Positions 22,095 to 31,417 of a DNA stretch of 32,000 nucleotides are shown here, piece by piece. The notes under the pieces are model-generated. The model had not been told where the DNA came from, ran no database searches, and worked only from the letters and a program-made list of their open reading frames with translations. Source of the stretch: Halomicronema hongdechloris C2206 (lineage in GTDB: Bacteria; Cyanobacteriota; Cyanobacteriia; Phormidesmidales; Phormidesmidaceae); NCBI RefSeq assembly GCF_002075285.3, contig NZ_CP021983.2, positions 5,370,001 through 5,402,000 of the forward strand, in the 5' to 3' direction. How positions within the stretch are numbered: position 1 is the first letter of the stretch; every line of letters starts with the position of its first letter. The position numbers and the translations under genes are program-made.

Positions 22095-25000
22095 ATGGAC
22101 CCAGAACAGATTCTTGAAACGGCCAATGTTGTTCTGTTTGCCTACGAACAGCGGTATCTTTCTGATGTAGAAACCGCGATTTTGTTGGGTGCGATCGCCG
22201 ATCAAACCTATGAAGAAATTGCTGAGTCAGCGGGCTATTCGATCAACTACCTGAAACGGGATATCGGCCCTAAGCTCTGGCGATCGCTCTCTGCAGCCCT
22301 GGGTGAAAAAGTTAGCAAAACCAACTTTCAACAAGCCCTCAAGCGCCACCATGACCAAGCTATCCCGCCAGCTGTGGCTACACCTGCTCAGGCTGCACAA
22401 CAAGATTGGGGCGAAGCGCCTGATGTGAGCTTCTTTGTCGGTCGCCAGGCTGAGTTAGACATTCTGCAGCAGTGGAGTGTAGAAGCTCGATGTCGCCTGG
22501 TGGCTTTGCTGGGTATGGGGGGTATTGGCAAAACTGTCCTGGGGGTGACATTGGCCCAGCAGGTGCAGTCAGGCTTCGACATCGTCATCTGGCGCAGTCT
22601 CCGCAACGCTCCCCCTCTGGAAACCTTACTGACGCAACTGGTGCCGCTGGTGTCTCAACAGCAAGCGACCCAGCCCGCGCTGCCCCACCTGCTACCCTAC
22701 CTGCAGACGACTCGCTGCCTGCTGATTCTGGATAATTTGGAAGCCCTTTTGCAGCCTCAGTCCATCGGCCGCTTTCGTCCTGGCTATGAAGACTATGAGC
22801 AGCTGTTTCAGCTCGTGGGCGATGCTTCCCATCAAAGCTGCATGGTGCTGACCAGCCGCGAAAAGCCCTCGGTGTTAGCCAGCCGCGAGGGGGTAGAATT
22901 ACCCGTGCGATCGCTCACCCTAGCGGGTTTGCAAGCTGAAGCCGATGCCATTCTCACCGCCAAGGGGTTGCCGGAAAACCGCGATCTGCGCCATCAGCTG
23001 ATCGAGACCTATGGCGGCAATCCCCTGGCCCTCAAGATTGTGGCAACCTCGATTCAAGACCTGTTCAACGGTGACATTGCGACCTTCCTGGCTCAGGGAA
23101 CGGTGCTGTTCAACGGGGTGCGCCATCTCCTTGATCAGCAGTTTGAGCGCCTCTCATCCCTGGAGCAGACGCTGATGTACTGGTTGGCCATTAATCGGGA
23201 TTGGACAACGGTCGACACCTTGCAGGATGATATCGTCCCTCCGGTATCCCCCTATCGCTTGCTAGAGGGGTTGGAAGCCCTCTGTCGCCGGAGCCTGATT
23301 GAGCGGCAGGGTGGTCGCTACACCCAGCAGCCGGTGGTTATGGAGTATGTGTGCGATCGCCTCATCGAAAACATCGTGGCAGAACTGACTACTCCAGAAC
23401 TCAATCTATTCATCAGCCATGCGTTGCTAAAAACGACTGTGGCAGAGTATGTCCGAGATAGCCAGACTCGACTCATCCTGGCACCCATTGCTCAAGAATT
23501 TCGGCGCACCTTTGCGGCAATCGCCAGTTTAGAGCAGCAAATCCTCAGGATACTGACAGCCTTACGTCAGACGGAAACCACCCAATCTGGGTATGGGAGT
23601 GGAAACCTGATCAATCTTTGCCTTCAGCTCGGACTCAATCTGTCGGGATTTGACTTTTCGGGGCTGAGAATTAGCCACGCCTGTTTGCAGCAGGCGGAAT
23701 TGTGCAATACCAATTTTAGTCAGGCTGATTTTAGTAAAACGCTCTTTGCTGAAGCGTTTGCGACTGTTTCAGCGATAGCTTTCAGTCCCGATGGTCGTTT
23801 GCTCGCCTGCGGAGAATTTGAAGGCAAGCTCTATATACGGCAAATGCCCAATGGTGAGATCATCAATGTTATTCCGGCACACTCAGCCTGGATCTATCAA
23901 ATTGCCTTTAGTCCCGATGGCAAATGGTTGGCCAGCGGTTCCCATGACTACACGGCAAAGGTTTGGGAGGTGTCGACTGGACGATGTCAACACACTTTTC
24001 GACACGCCACGATTACCAACGGCATTGCTTGGTCCACCGACGGTACCCAACTGGTTAGTGTCAGCAATGAACCAGCGTTGCATTTTTGGAATGTTGCTAC
24101 TGGTGAACCCATTAAGACCATACCGACCCAAGTGACTGGATTTTCCGTCGCCCGCCGTCCAACAGGAGACCGGCTGGCATGTTCTGGTCGGGGGAACACA
24201 ATTTCCATTTGGGATGCCGAGGGCAACACTCTGCTCAACGTATTGCCCGGTCACGACAACACCATCTGGCTTCTAGTATTTAGCCCCGATGGGAAAGGGA
24301 TCGCCAGCACGGCCCAAGATGGCACAGTCATGCTTTGGGATTTGGCTACGGCAACTGGTCGTCAGCTTCATAACAATACTTCCATCATGGTTTGGTGGTT
24401 GGCCTTTAGCCCTGATGGCAAAACGCTGGCAGGCGCTTCCCTAGACTCAACCTTAAGGCTTTGGAGCGTCGAAACGGGCCAGCTTACCAAAACTCTGTCA
24501 GGCCATGGGGGTAATATTTGGGCTGTGGCCTATAGTCCTGACGGTCGTCTCCTGGCGAGCTGTGGTGAAGATCAAACAGTCAAACTTTGGCACAGTGCTA
24601 ATGGTGATTGTTTGCAAACCTGGCAAGGCTACAGCTTATCGGTTTGGGACATCGTCATTAGCCGTAGCGGTCAGCAGCTGATTTCTGACCATCAAAACGG
24701 TGTACTGCATGTGTGGGACTTAGATACAGGCAGTTGCATCCGGAAGATGCAGGGCCATACCGGTCTGGTGAGTTCAATTGCTCTCAGCCCGGACGATCAG
24801 GTGTTAGCCAGCGCCTCTCAAGATTGCACGGTGCGACTCTGGGATATCCACAGCGACGAGTGCCTGAGCGTGTATACCGGACATGAAAATGTGGTGCTGT
24901 CGGTAGCCTGGCATCCCGACGGACAACGATTGGCCAGCACCTCACTCGATGGCGTTGTCAACATCTGGCAGGCGCAGACCCAGGACTGTCTACAAATCTT

Positions 25001-25604
25001 GAAGCTGGGCATTTTGGTCGCCACTGCCGACTGGCACCCTAACGGACAGATTTTAGCCACCGGGCAACAGGATGGGCTCATCTGCTTGTGGGAGGTCAGT
25101 TCGGGAGCCTGCTTGCGGTCCCTTACAGGGCATATAAACTCGGTGCTTTCAGTGGCTTTCAGTCCTGACGGGAAAGTCTTAGCGAGTGTTGCTCACGACC
25201 AGACTACCAAATTGTGGGATGTCGAAACGGGAAAATGTCTGCATACGTTCGGCGGTCATTCAGCATGGGTCGTGGCGGTGTCCTGGCATCCGAACGGACC
25301 TCTATTAGCCACCTGCTCCCAAGATCGCACAGTGCGGCTCTGGGATGTGTACAACCGGGACTGTCGCCTGGTATTGGAAGGCCACACGAACCGAGTCAAA
25401 GCCGTACGCTGGGGGCCAGAGGGTGAGTGGTTAGCGACCTGCAGCCTCGATGAAACGATACGGTTCTGGAATTCTGAGACGGGAGAGTGCTTCAAAACCT
25501 TGAGGGCCAAACGCCTCTACGAAGGCATGAAGATTACCGAAGTCACCGGATTGACTGAAGCCCAAAAGGCCAACCTGCGATCGCTAGGAGCGACTGACCC
25601 TTAG
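22095..25604 (+). CDS. STAND NTPase: HTH-like N-terminus - NB-ARC ATPase - 14 WD40 repeats
   Basis: 1169-aa ORF with P-loop [12 protein letters not shown], Walker [19 protein letters not shown] and [10 protein letters not shown] (NB-ARC GxP). A pentapeptide-like linker ([32 protein letters not shown]) follows. I counted 14 repeats of the type FSPDG-x-LAS-x-S-x-D-x-T-V-K/R-LW. Confidence 0.9.
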   Translation: MDPEQILETANVVLFAYEQRYLSDVETAILLGAIADQTYEEIAESAGYSINYLKRDIGPKLWRSLSAALGEKVSKTNFQQALKRHHDQAIPPAVATPAQAAQQDWGEAPDVSFFVGRQAELDILQQWSVEARCRLVALLGMGGIGKTVLGVTLAQQVQSGFDIVIWRSLRNAPPLETLLTQLVPLVSQQQATQPALPHLLPYLQTTRCLLILDNLEALLQPQSIGRFRPGYEDYEQLFQLVGDASHQSCMVLTSREKPSVLASREGVELPVRSLTLAGLQAEADAILTAKGLPENRDLRHQLIETYGGNPLALKIVATSIQDLFNGDIATFLAQGTVLFNGVRHLLDQQFERLSSLEQTLMYWLAINRDWTTVDTLQDDIVPPVSPYRLLEGLEALCRRSLIERQGGRYTQQPVVMEYVCDRLIENIVAELTTPELNLFISHALLKTTVAEYVRDSQTRLILAPIAQEFRRTFAAIASLEQQILRILTALRQTETTQSGYGSGNLINLCLQLGLNLSGFDFSGLRISHACLQQAELCNTNFSQADFSKTLFAEAFATVSAIAFSPDGRLLACGEFEGKLYIRQMPNGEIINVIPAHSAWIYQIAFSPDGKWLASGSHDYTAKVWEVSTGRCQHTFRHATITNGIAWSTDGTQLVSVSNEPALHFWNVATGEPIKTIPTQVTGFSVARRPTGDRLACSGRGNTISIWDAEGNTLLNVLPGHDNTIWLLVFSPDGKGIASTAQDGTVMLWDLATATGRQLHNNTSIMVWWLAFSPDGKTLAGASLDSTLRLWSVETGQLTKTLSGHGGNIWAVAYSPDGRLLASCGEDQTVKLWHSANGDCLQTWQGYSLSVWDIVISRSGQQLISDHQNGVLHVWDLDTGSCIRKMQGHTGLVSSIALSPDDQVLASASQDCTVRLWDIHSDECLSVYTGHENVVLSVAWHPDGQRLASTSLDGVVNIWQAQTQDCLQILKLGILVATADWHPNGQILATGQQDGLICLWEVSSGACLRSLTGHINSVLSVAFSPDGKVLASVAHDQTTKLWDVETGKCLHTFGGHSAWVVAVSWHPNGPLLATCSQDRTVRLWDVYNRDCRLVLEGHTNRVKAVRWGPEGEWLATCSLDETIRFWNSETGECFKTLRAKRLYEGMKITEVTGLTEAQKANLRSLGATDP

Positions 25605-25747
25605 TATGCCGGACGTAGTCGGTATTCTTGCTGCTGCTAATGCTGCTGGATGGAAGCAGTACATGGGCGCTCCCAAGCAGGGCAAATATTCCATGCTAGA
25701 CAATAACAACGCTTGCTCTTCGTAAATCCACACGGTTAGAACGCAAC

Positions 25748-27808
25748 ATGCGGTTTAGAGGTTTTCTCGTCCTTCTCTGTGCTCTCCTGGCAGTTGGTCT
25801 GTGGGGAATGCCTACGGCGTTGATTCGGGCTAATTCATCTCATCTACTGGTTGTTGCCCAGCAACATCCCCTGGCGAACGACAACAATCTGGGCACAGCA
25901 GCACGGCCCTTGCGCACCATCAACGCGGCGGCCCAGCGAGCTCATCCGGGAGATACCATTCGTGTCCATGCCGGGATCTATCGGGAGCGGGTGATTCCTT
26001 TACGCGGGGGTGAGGAAAATAACCCCATCGTCTACGAAGCGGCACCTGGAGAAACCGTAATTCTGCGGGGGTCTGAGGTTTGGTCAGCACATCCCGTCGG
26101 TACAGCAGCCGGTCTAAATAAACCTACCCCCTATTGGGACGGTGTTGTCCCCGAGCATCTATTTTCTCGGGTTGACCCCTTTACGGAACCCTTGGAACGG
26201 ATGCCAGCGGGATATTTACGCGCCCAGGTTTTCTTTCAGAGTCAACCGCTGCAGCAGATTTTAGATAGGCAAACTCTGCAGGCCCAATCCGGAAGTTGGT
26301 TGTTTGATAGTGAGACCCGGCGCGTGTCTGTACATTTGCCACGGGCCTATCCGGCATCAAAGCCACCGTTTCTCGAAATCAGTACCCGCCGGGCAGTATT
26401 TGCCCCGACAATACGGGGATTAGGGTACATCCATGTCCGTGGTTTTATTATGGAGCACGGTGCGAATCCGTTTCCTAGCGGTTTCTGGCGCAGTCAATCC
26501 CCCCAAGCCGGCATTTTAAGTCCCCGTTCCGGCCACCATTGGGTGATCGAACACAACACGATTCGTTACGCCAAAAGCATCGGTCTCGATTGTGGCAGTG
26601 AAGGACGATATGACATCGATGGGTTAGAACAACCCATTCCTGAGGGGGTAGGTTATCACATCATCCGTTACAACCAGATCACCGATAACGGTGCTTTGGG
26701 CGTTGCGGGCTGGAAACAAACCGCGTCTCTGATTGCCCATAATGTGATTGAGCGCAACAATCGGCTAGGCTTTACGGCGCCAGAAACAGGGGGTATCAAG
26801 GTTCACGAATTCGTCAATGGACAGATCATCGGTAATGTCATTCGTAATAACGAATCCTTTGGTATTTGGGTTGATAACGTCTACCGCGATGCCCGCATCA
26901 GCCGCAATCTTGTCTTGAATAACCAGGGAGCCGGTATTTTTGTGGAAATGGGAGGTGGCCCGGCCCTGGTGGACAATAATATTGTCGCGTTTACCAGGTT
27001 AGGGGAAGGCATCTATACCCACGATGCCAGCGGTGTCACCGTGGCCCACAACTGGCTCCAGGGAAATGCTCATTTTGGCGTTTATATGCGGACGGTGACT
27101 GACCGCCAGTTCCGTCGAGCGGATGGGACGACAGAAGAAGTGGCCACGCGAGGGCAGCGTATCTTGGGGAATGTGTTTGTAGACAATTATCGGGGGCATA
27201 TTAGTCTCCCGTATCCGGCCGCCCCTGATATCGATAACGTCTCTGACTATAATCTCTTCATTGGTGGCACGGCTTGGCAGTGGGAGGGACAGGAACCTCA
27301 CCGGTTTGTCTGGAACTATCGTCCCGACCATGGGCAGCGATCGCAACTGGTCAACACCCTGCGTGAGGCGTTTGCCCGCGGCGAGTTGCCCGAGCAGGAA
27401 GCCCCTAACTATGATGCCTGGCAAGAACGGTTATCCTTTTCATTGCCTTGGTGGCGCGTGGTTACTGGCAATGATCGTCACAGTGTTGCCCCACCCATTG
27501 CAGCGGGTGAGGTCGTCAACGGTGCTGTCGAGAAAGGTGCGATCGCACTCCGGACGTTCACGCCCTCGCTTGATCTGGAAGATGTTTCCGTGATGTCCCG
27601 TTTGCCGATTCCATCCCTGCCTCTCCCCAGTTCCGACTTCTTCGGCAATCCCATCGACAACTCTCTACCCTTTCCAGGGCCCTTTCAAACCTGGCCTGCT
27701 GACGGTTCGGTACATTGGCCGCTGTGGCCAGTAGATGAATACAGCAGCTATCTGGCCAAGACTCTATACAATGGAGGCAATGTTAAGAACCATGACGTTC
27801 CTGAATGA
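25748..27808 (+). CDS. Secreted right-handed parallel beta-helix repeat protein (pectate-lyase-fold)
   Basis: The signal peptide is MRFRGFLVLLCALLAVGLWGMPTALIRA. The N-terminal cap is RPLRTINAAAQRAHPGDTIRVHAGIYRE. Repeated N-x-I-x-x-N/G-I beta-helix rungs follow (IRYNQITDNGALGV, IAHNVIERNN, IIGNVIRNNESFGIWV, ISRNLVLNNQGAGIFV). Confidence 0.75.
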   Translation: MRFRGFLVLLCALLAVGLWGMPTALIRANSSHLLVVAQQHPLANDNNLGTAARPLRTINAAAQRAHPGDTIRVHAGIYRERVIPLRGGEENNPIVYEAAPGETVILRGSEVWSAHPVGTAAGLNKPTPYWDGVVPEHLFSRVDPFTEPLERMPAGYLRAQVFFQSQPLQQILDRQTLQAQSGSWLFDSETRRVSVHLPRAYPASKPPFLEISTRRAVFAPTIRGLGYIHVRGFIMEHGANPFPSGFWRSQSPQAGILSPRSGHHWVIEHNTIRYAKSIGLDCGSEGRYDIDGLEQPIPEGVGYHIIRYNQITDNGALGVAGWKQTASLIAHNVIERNNRLGFTAPETGGIKVHEFVNGQIIGNVIRNNESFGIWVDNVYRDARISRNLVLNNQGAGIFVEMGGGPALVDNNIVAFTRLGEGIYTHDASGVTVAHNWLQGNAHFGVYMRTVTDRQFRRADGTTEEVATRGQRILGNVFVDNYRGHISLPYPAAPDIDNVSDYNLFIGGTAWQWEGQEPHRFVWNYRPDHGQRSQLVNTLREAFARGELPEQEAPNYDAWQERLSFSLPWWRVVTGNDRHSVAPPIAAGEVVNGAVEKGAIALRTFTPSLDLEDVSVMSRLPIPSLPLPSSDFFGNPIDNSLPFPGPFQTWPADGSVHWPLWPVDEYSSYLAKTLYNGGNVKNHDVPE

Positions 27809-28746
27809 CTGTATTCCTTGTCCTCACTATCCTGCTGGTGCTTGTGGCCGTCGGAGTGACCAGCTATCTGCTCACGGCCCGCCGCTACCGGTCCGCCGAC
27901 ACCGTCGCCAGCTCCTACGATCAGTGGACTAGCGATGGCATTTTGGAATTTTACTGGGGCGACCATATTCACCTGGGTCACTACGGGGATCCGCCGCGTC
28001 GCAAAGACTTTCTTCGGGCTAAAGCCGACTTCGTCCACGAAATGGTCCGTTGGGGCCGCTTGGATCAACTGCCTAAAGGCACGACGGTCTTAGATGTGGG
28101 CTGTGGCATCGGCGGCAGTAGCCGTATCCTGGCCCGAGACTACGGTTTCTCCGTCTTGGGGGTGACCATCAGTCCCCAACAGGTGGAACGGGCTCAGCAG
28201 CTCACCCCGCCCGATCTAGATGCCAGGTTCCAGGTAGACGATGCCATGGCCCTGTCCTTCCCCGACGGCAGCTTTGACGTGGTCTGGTCCATCGAGGCGG
28301 GGCCCCACATGCCCGACAAGGCAGTATTCGCCAAGGAATTACTGCGGGTGCTGAAACCCGGCGGGATACTAGTAGCGGCCGACTGGAACCAACGGGACGA
28401 TCGGCAACGGCCCCTAACCGGTTGGGAGCCTCTGGTCATGAGGCAACTGCTCGATCAATGGTCCCATCCGGCCTTCGCCAGCATTGAAGGCTTTGCCGAA
28501 CACCTAGAAGCCACCGGCCTGGTAGCTGGTTCGGTGGAAACGGCAGATTGGACCCAGGCCACCCTACCTTCCTGGTTAGACTCCATCTGGCAAGGCATCG
28601 TCCGGCCCCAGGGATTGATCAAATTTGGGCCGTCAGGATTGGTGAAATCCCTGCGGGAAGTGCCTACCCTGTTGCTGATGCGCCTAGCCTTTGGCAGCGG
28701 CCTATGCCGCTTCGGCATGTTTCGGGCCGTGCGGGCTCAACGGTGA
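27805..28746 (+). CDS. MPBQ/MSBQ (tocopherol/plastoquinone pathway) SAM-dependent methyltransferase, Sll0418-like
   Basis: An N-terminal TM anchor is followed by DQWTSDGILEFYWGDHIHLGHYG, SAM motif I VLDVGCGIGGSSRILA and FDVVWSIEAGPHMPDKAVFAKELLRVLKPGG. From memory it is almost colinear with Synechocystis Sll0418. Its ATG overlaps the upstream stop (ATGA, 27805..27808). Confidence 0.8.
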   Translation: MTVFLVLTILLVLVAVGVTSYLLTARRYRSADTVASSYDQWTSDGILEFYWGDHIHLGHYGDPPRRKDFLRAKADFVHEMVRWGRLDQLPKGTTVLDVGCGIGGSSRILARDYGFSVLGVTISPQQVERAQQLTPPDLDARFQVDDAMALSFPDGSFDVVWSIEAGPHMPDKAVFAKELLRVLKPGGILVAADWNQRDDRQRPLTGWEPLVMRQLLDQWSHPAFASIEGFAEHLEATGLVAGSVETADWTQATLPSWLDSIWQGIVRPQGLIKFGPSGLVKSLREVPTLLLMRLAFGSGLCRFGMFRAVRAQR

Positions 28747-28749
28747 TAT

Positions 28750-28913
28750 CACATCAAGCCGCTGGATGAAGCGAAAGTTGCTCTGGTTTTTGCTGAGTAG
28801 GGGAATTTGATTTTTGATCGCGGTTGCAGCAATCAGAGCATCAGCGAAATGGCTGTTGTGCCGTCGTTGGCGACATCAATGAGAATGTCTGTATCGACCA
28901 GAATTTGAGCCAT
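28750..28913 (-). pseudogene. PIN-domain toxin remnant (copy A) with an internal ~206-nt deletion
   Basis: From ATG 28913 the frame reads MAQILVDTDILIDVANDGTTAIS and then stops. The PIN C-terminus (FADALIAATAIKNQIPLLSKNQSNFRFIQRLD) continues in another frame. The middle of the domain, present in copy B, is absent. Confidence 0.7.
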
Positions 28914-28914
28914 A

Positions 28915-29175
28915 TCAACTGCGCCAGTGTTGTTGACGAATTTGCCTTACCCATGCAGTGCTATCTGCCATTGCGGGGCGAGTCTCCTTCAGAGATGCTT
29001 CGCAAACGCTCCACATACTGATAAAGGATTCGTTTTCGATGTTGAGGGGTTGGTGGGTTGTGGGCTCTGATGAGGAATAGCGCTGTTTCAGGAAGGCAAC
29101 GAAATCTACTACGAGCTGTTGGGCTGTGGCAGGCAGGGTAGAAATGTCGTCTCTCAGTTGCTCAAATTCGGGCAT
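28915..29175 (-). CDS. Type II antitoxin (copy A, apparently intact)
   Basis: 86-aa ORF MPEFEQLRDDISTLPATAQQLVVDFVAFLKQRY...MADSTAWVRQIRQQHWRS. Its stop lies 1 nt from the remnant toxin ATG (TGATATG). Confidence 0.65.
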   Translation of the reverse strand: MPEFEQLRDDISTLPATAQQLVVDFVAFLKQRYSSSEPTTHQPLNIENESFISMWSVCEASLKETRPAMADSTAWVRQIRQQHWRS

Positions 29176-29215
29176 GGATCAAGGGCTTTGAAGAAGCTAC
29201 TTCTTAGGGTTATCG

Positions 29216-29629
29216 CTAGGGGAGTAATCTGAAACTCTCGCAGTGGCTGGGTCGAAAGATTCGGAAGTCTCGTTGGTCAATGGTCAAGATGGTTGTGATG
29301 GCTAATCGTTCGGCCATTGCCATAATGGTGGAATCGACAAAGTCAACTTTGCTGTCGAGATACTGCTCTACGATATTGGCGGCTCTGGCGATGTCCGGGT
29401 CGGTGGATGCGGTAAGGACAAAGCGACTGGCAGGGATACCTTTCAAAAAGGCGACGACGGTTGGTATGCCTACGTCACGGCCTACCAGATAGGCAACTTC
29501 TACGAGCACGACTTGGGGCAGCAAAATTTGAGGAAATTGTAGGTAAACCGCTCTTACCTCAACGTGTCTGGGGTCTGCTTTGTTGACCAGGGCAACAACA
29601 AAGCCACTATCCGCTAAGACTGCTTCCAT
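29216..29629 (-). CDS. vapC: PIN-domain toxin VapC (apparently intact)
   Basis: 137-aa ORF with MEAVLADSGFVVAL (the first PIN Asp), VLVEVAYL, DFVDSTIMAMAERL and ILTIDQRDF. Confidence 0.85.
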   Translation of the reverse strand: MEAVLADSGFVVALVNKADPRHVEVRAVYLQFPQILLPQVVLVEVAYLVGRDVGIPTVVAFLKGIPASRFVLTASTDPDIARAANIVEQYLDSKVDFVDSTIMAMAERLAITTILTIDQRDFRIFRPSHCESFRLLP

Positions 29630-29880
29630 GTGAACCCGGAGTCTGGGGTGATGTCTTGTTCGAGGATGGTTTTGGCCTGGGTGGACAGATCTGGAGAACC
29701 AGAGAAAAGCCCAATTAGCGGATCCTCTTCGGCAGTAGCAGGCTCGGCGGGCTGATCGAATGAGTCAACGGGTTGGTACACCAGGATGAGTTCGATGTCC
29801 TGGTTAGCTAGTTGCTCAGGCATTTGAAGCTGGACGCTGCCATCAGGGTTAACGTGGGCTCGAAGTCTTAAGGTTTGCAT
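29614..29880 (-). CDS. Type II antitoxin partnered with the 29216..29629 PIN toxin
   Basis: ATG is at 29880; 29913 is TTG. It overlaps the toxin start by 16 nt. The C-terminal motif is DPLIGLFSGSPDLSTQAKTILEQDI. Confidence 0.65.
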   Translation of the reverse strand: MQTLRLRAHVNPDGSVQLQMPEQLANQDIELILVYQPVDSFDQPAEPATAEEDPLIGLFSGSPDLSTQAKTILEQDITPDSGFTWKQS

Positions 29881-29937
29881 GGTGGTCGTAAATAAGGTAA
29901 CTTTGGAATTCAAACAATGACATCGTCGGTAGCAATT

Positions 29938-30174
29938 TCAACGGGACCAAAGACCGAGTTTGTAGTTGCTCGATAGGTCAGAATCGCCCTCGAAGCAGCC
30001 CACTAAGCCGTCTTCTTGCAGCACCTCCAGAGGAGATTTGGAGGGTGGGTTAAGCTGCTCGTAGTATAGGTCAATGGCCTGGTTCAAGATTTCAGACAGG
30101 TCTTGATTGGTGTGCTGTTGAATGTAAGCCAGCTTTTTTGCGTGGTTGTCGTCAATTTGGGTAACAATATCCAT
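29938..30174 (-). CDS. RHH-type antitoxin-like protein without a cognate toxin (orphan)
   Basis: ATG is at 30174. MDIVTQIDDNHAKKLAYIQQHTNQDLSEILNQAIDLYY has an RHH-like pattern. The tail GLVGCFEGDSDLSSNYK carries the same G-x-F-x-G-x-x-DLS motif as the neighbouring antitoxin. Confidence 0.55.
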   Translation of the reverse strand: MDIVTQIDDNHAKKLAYIQQHTNQDLSEILNQAIDLYYEQLNPPSKSPLEVLQEDGLVGCFEGDSDLSSNYKLGLWSR

Positions 30175-30230
30175 AGGCTTATCTCTAAGTTGTTGGCATT
30201 TCAAAAACTGGAAAGAGTAATGAAGGGTAT

Positions 30231-30617
30231 CTAAGCAGATCGAGCTGCTGGATAAAGCTGCTGGATAAAGCGGAAGTCGCTCTGGTTTTTGCTGAGTAAA
30301 GGAATTTCATTGCCGATCGCGGCTGCAGCAATCAGAGCGTCAGCGATTAGAAGACCGTGGCTGAGGAAATACTCTTGAAGCAGTTGGGTGGCAATCTCAC
30401 TGCTCTGGCTAGTTAGCGTCAGCACTTGAAATTGAGCCAGGCAGCGTTAGGCCTGTAGTTCGGTTTTGTTGCGGCATCGGACAGTTAGCTCCATGACGGT
30501 GATGATAGAAACGGTCAGGGTAGAGGCTTGGCTCTCGTTAGCCAGGCGCTCTATGGCGATCGTATCGTTGTTGGCGACATCAATGAGAATGTCTGTATCG
30601 ACCAGAATTTGAGCCAT
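30231..30617 (-). pseudogene. PIN-domain toxin (copy B) with an in-frame TAA at codon 57
   Basis: From ATG 30617 the frame reads MAQILVDTDILIDVANNDTIAIERLANESQASTLTVSIITVMELTVRCRNKTELQA*RCLAQFQVLTLTSQSSEIATQLLQEYFLSHGLLIADALIAAAAIGNEIPLLSKNQSDFRFIQQL. The TAA is at 30447..30449. The ORF track shows only the 64-aa tail. Confidence 0.75.
30243..30268. repeat. 13-bp tandem duplication (AGCTGCTGGATAA x2) near the 3' end of vapC copy B
   Basis: Read directly: 30243..30255 equals 30256..30268. Copy A carries a single unit at the equivalent place, so the duplication shifts the C-terminal frame of copy B. Confidence 0.85.
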
Positions 30618-30618
30618 A

Positions 30619-30878
30619 TCAACTGCGCCAGTGTTGTTGACGAATTTGCCTTACCCATGCAGTGCTATCTGCCATTTCGGGGCGAGTCTCCTTCAGAGAT
30701 GCTTCGCAAACGCTCCACATGCCGACAAAGGGTTCGTCTTCGAGGTTGAGAGTTGGTGGGTTGTAGGCTCGGGTGAGGAATAGCGCTGCTTCAGGAAGGC
30801 GACGAAATCTACCACGAGCTGTTGGGCTATGGCAGGCAGAGTAGAAATATCGTCTCTCAGTTGCTCAAATTCGGGCAT
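30619..30878 (-). pseudogene. Antitoxin (copy B) with a 1-nt frameshift
   Basis: The first 40 or so codons match copy A. At about 30750..30752 GTTGAGAGTTGG replaces GTTGAGGGGTTGG of copy A. The conserved tail (MADSTAWVRQIRQQHWRS) continues in the -1 frame. Confidence 0.7.
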
Positions 30879-30944
30879 GGTTTGTCTCCGGGGCTATGTT
30901 CTAGGCAAAACAATTTCAACTATCTATTAGCACGTACTCGCTAC

Positions 30945-31340
30945 TCACGGACTTCCGACTCCCGACTCCCTCGGCGGATGCGCTACACTCGGGCCGGTGG
31001 GGAGTGGGTCGAGGAGGGTTTGGTAGGGTTGGCCGCTGGCGATGGCAGTGGCCATGGCGTCGTAGATTTGGCGGATGGTGTCTTTGGTGCGGTAGTGGCC
31101 GTGGGCTTTTTCGTCTTTGCGTTTGACGATAGGGAAGGTTTCCATGATGTAGTCAACGTCGTCGCGCTGGATGCCGTAGAGATGGAAGTAGGCGGCGTCG
31201 AGTTCGCAGCGGAGTAGCAAGCGGCGGTTTTCATTCCATTTGGAGGGGGGACCTTCGTAGCCGCAGTCTTGGGCAAAGGGTTGCAGATCCCAGGAGTTGT
31301 AAGTTAGCTCAAGAACATGCGAGAGTATCCAGTCGCTCAA
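30945..31340 (-). pseudogene. C-terminal fragment resembling the conserved tail of large type IIG / Eco57I-like N6-adenine DNA methyltransferase-restriction proteins
   Basis: The frame has no ATG; the ORF-track start is [84 protein letters not shown] matches my recollection of the C-termini of such enzymes, which exceed 1000 aa. Nothing methylase-like lies upstream. Confidence 0.4.
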
Positions 31341-31417
31341 AGTCTTGCGTTTATCCCATCACTATTTAGGACAGGCAGGTTGCATTCCTAGGGTCTGCTC
31401 CATTTGACGCTGTCTCG

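Larger units (their letters stand above)
28750..29177. repeat. Copy A of a duplicated vapBC-type cassette (direct repeat of 30236..30880)
   Basis: Hand alignment shows roughly 90-95% identity over the shared parts. Relative to copy B, copy A lacks about 206 nt (B 30347..30552) and the 13-nt duplication, and has one extra nucleotide near 29046. Confidence 0.85.
30236..30880. repeat. Copy B of the duplicated vapBC-type cassette
   Basis: See copy A. It has the same orientation and lies about 1.5 kb away. Confidence 0.85.

Noticed and set aside
4880-30268. Possibility that the short tandem repeats (4880..4909, 17406..17437, 30243..30268) or the REP palindromes represent a CRISPR array.
   Set aside because: Each tandem repeat has only two contiguous units with no spacers. 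The palindromes are irregularly spaced, differ in sequence, and partly lie in coding sequence. No cas genes are present.
30822-31276. ORFs 30822..31217 (+, 131 aa) and 30983..31276 (-, 97 aa) overlapping the methylase-tail fragment.
   Set aside because: Their products are low-complexity (Gly/Val/Ala-rich and Pro/Thr/Ala/Ser-rich respectively). Only the 30945..31340 frame gives a recognisable conserved sequence.
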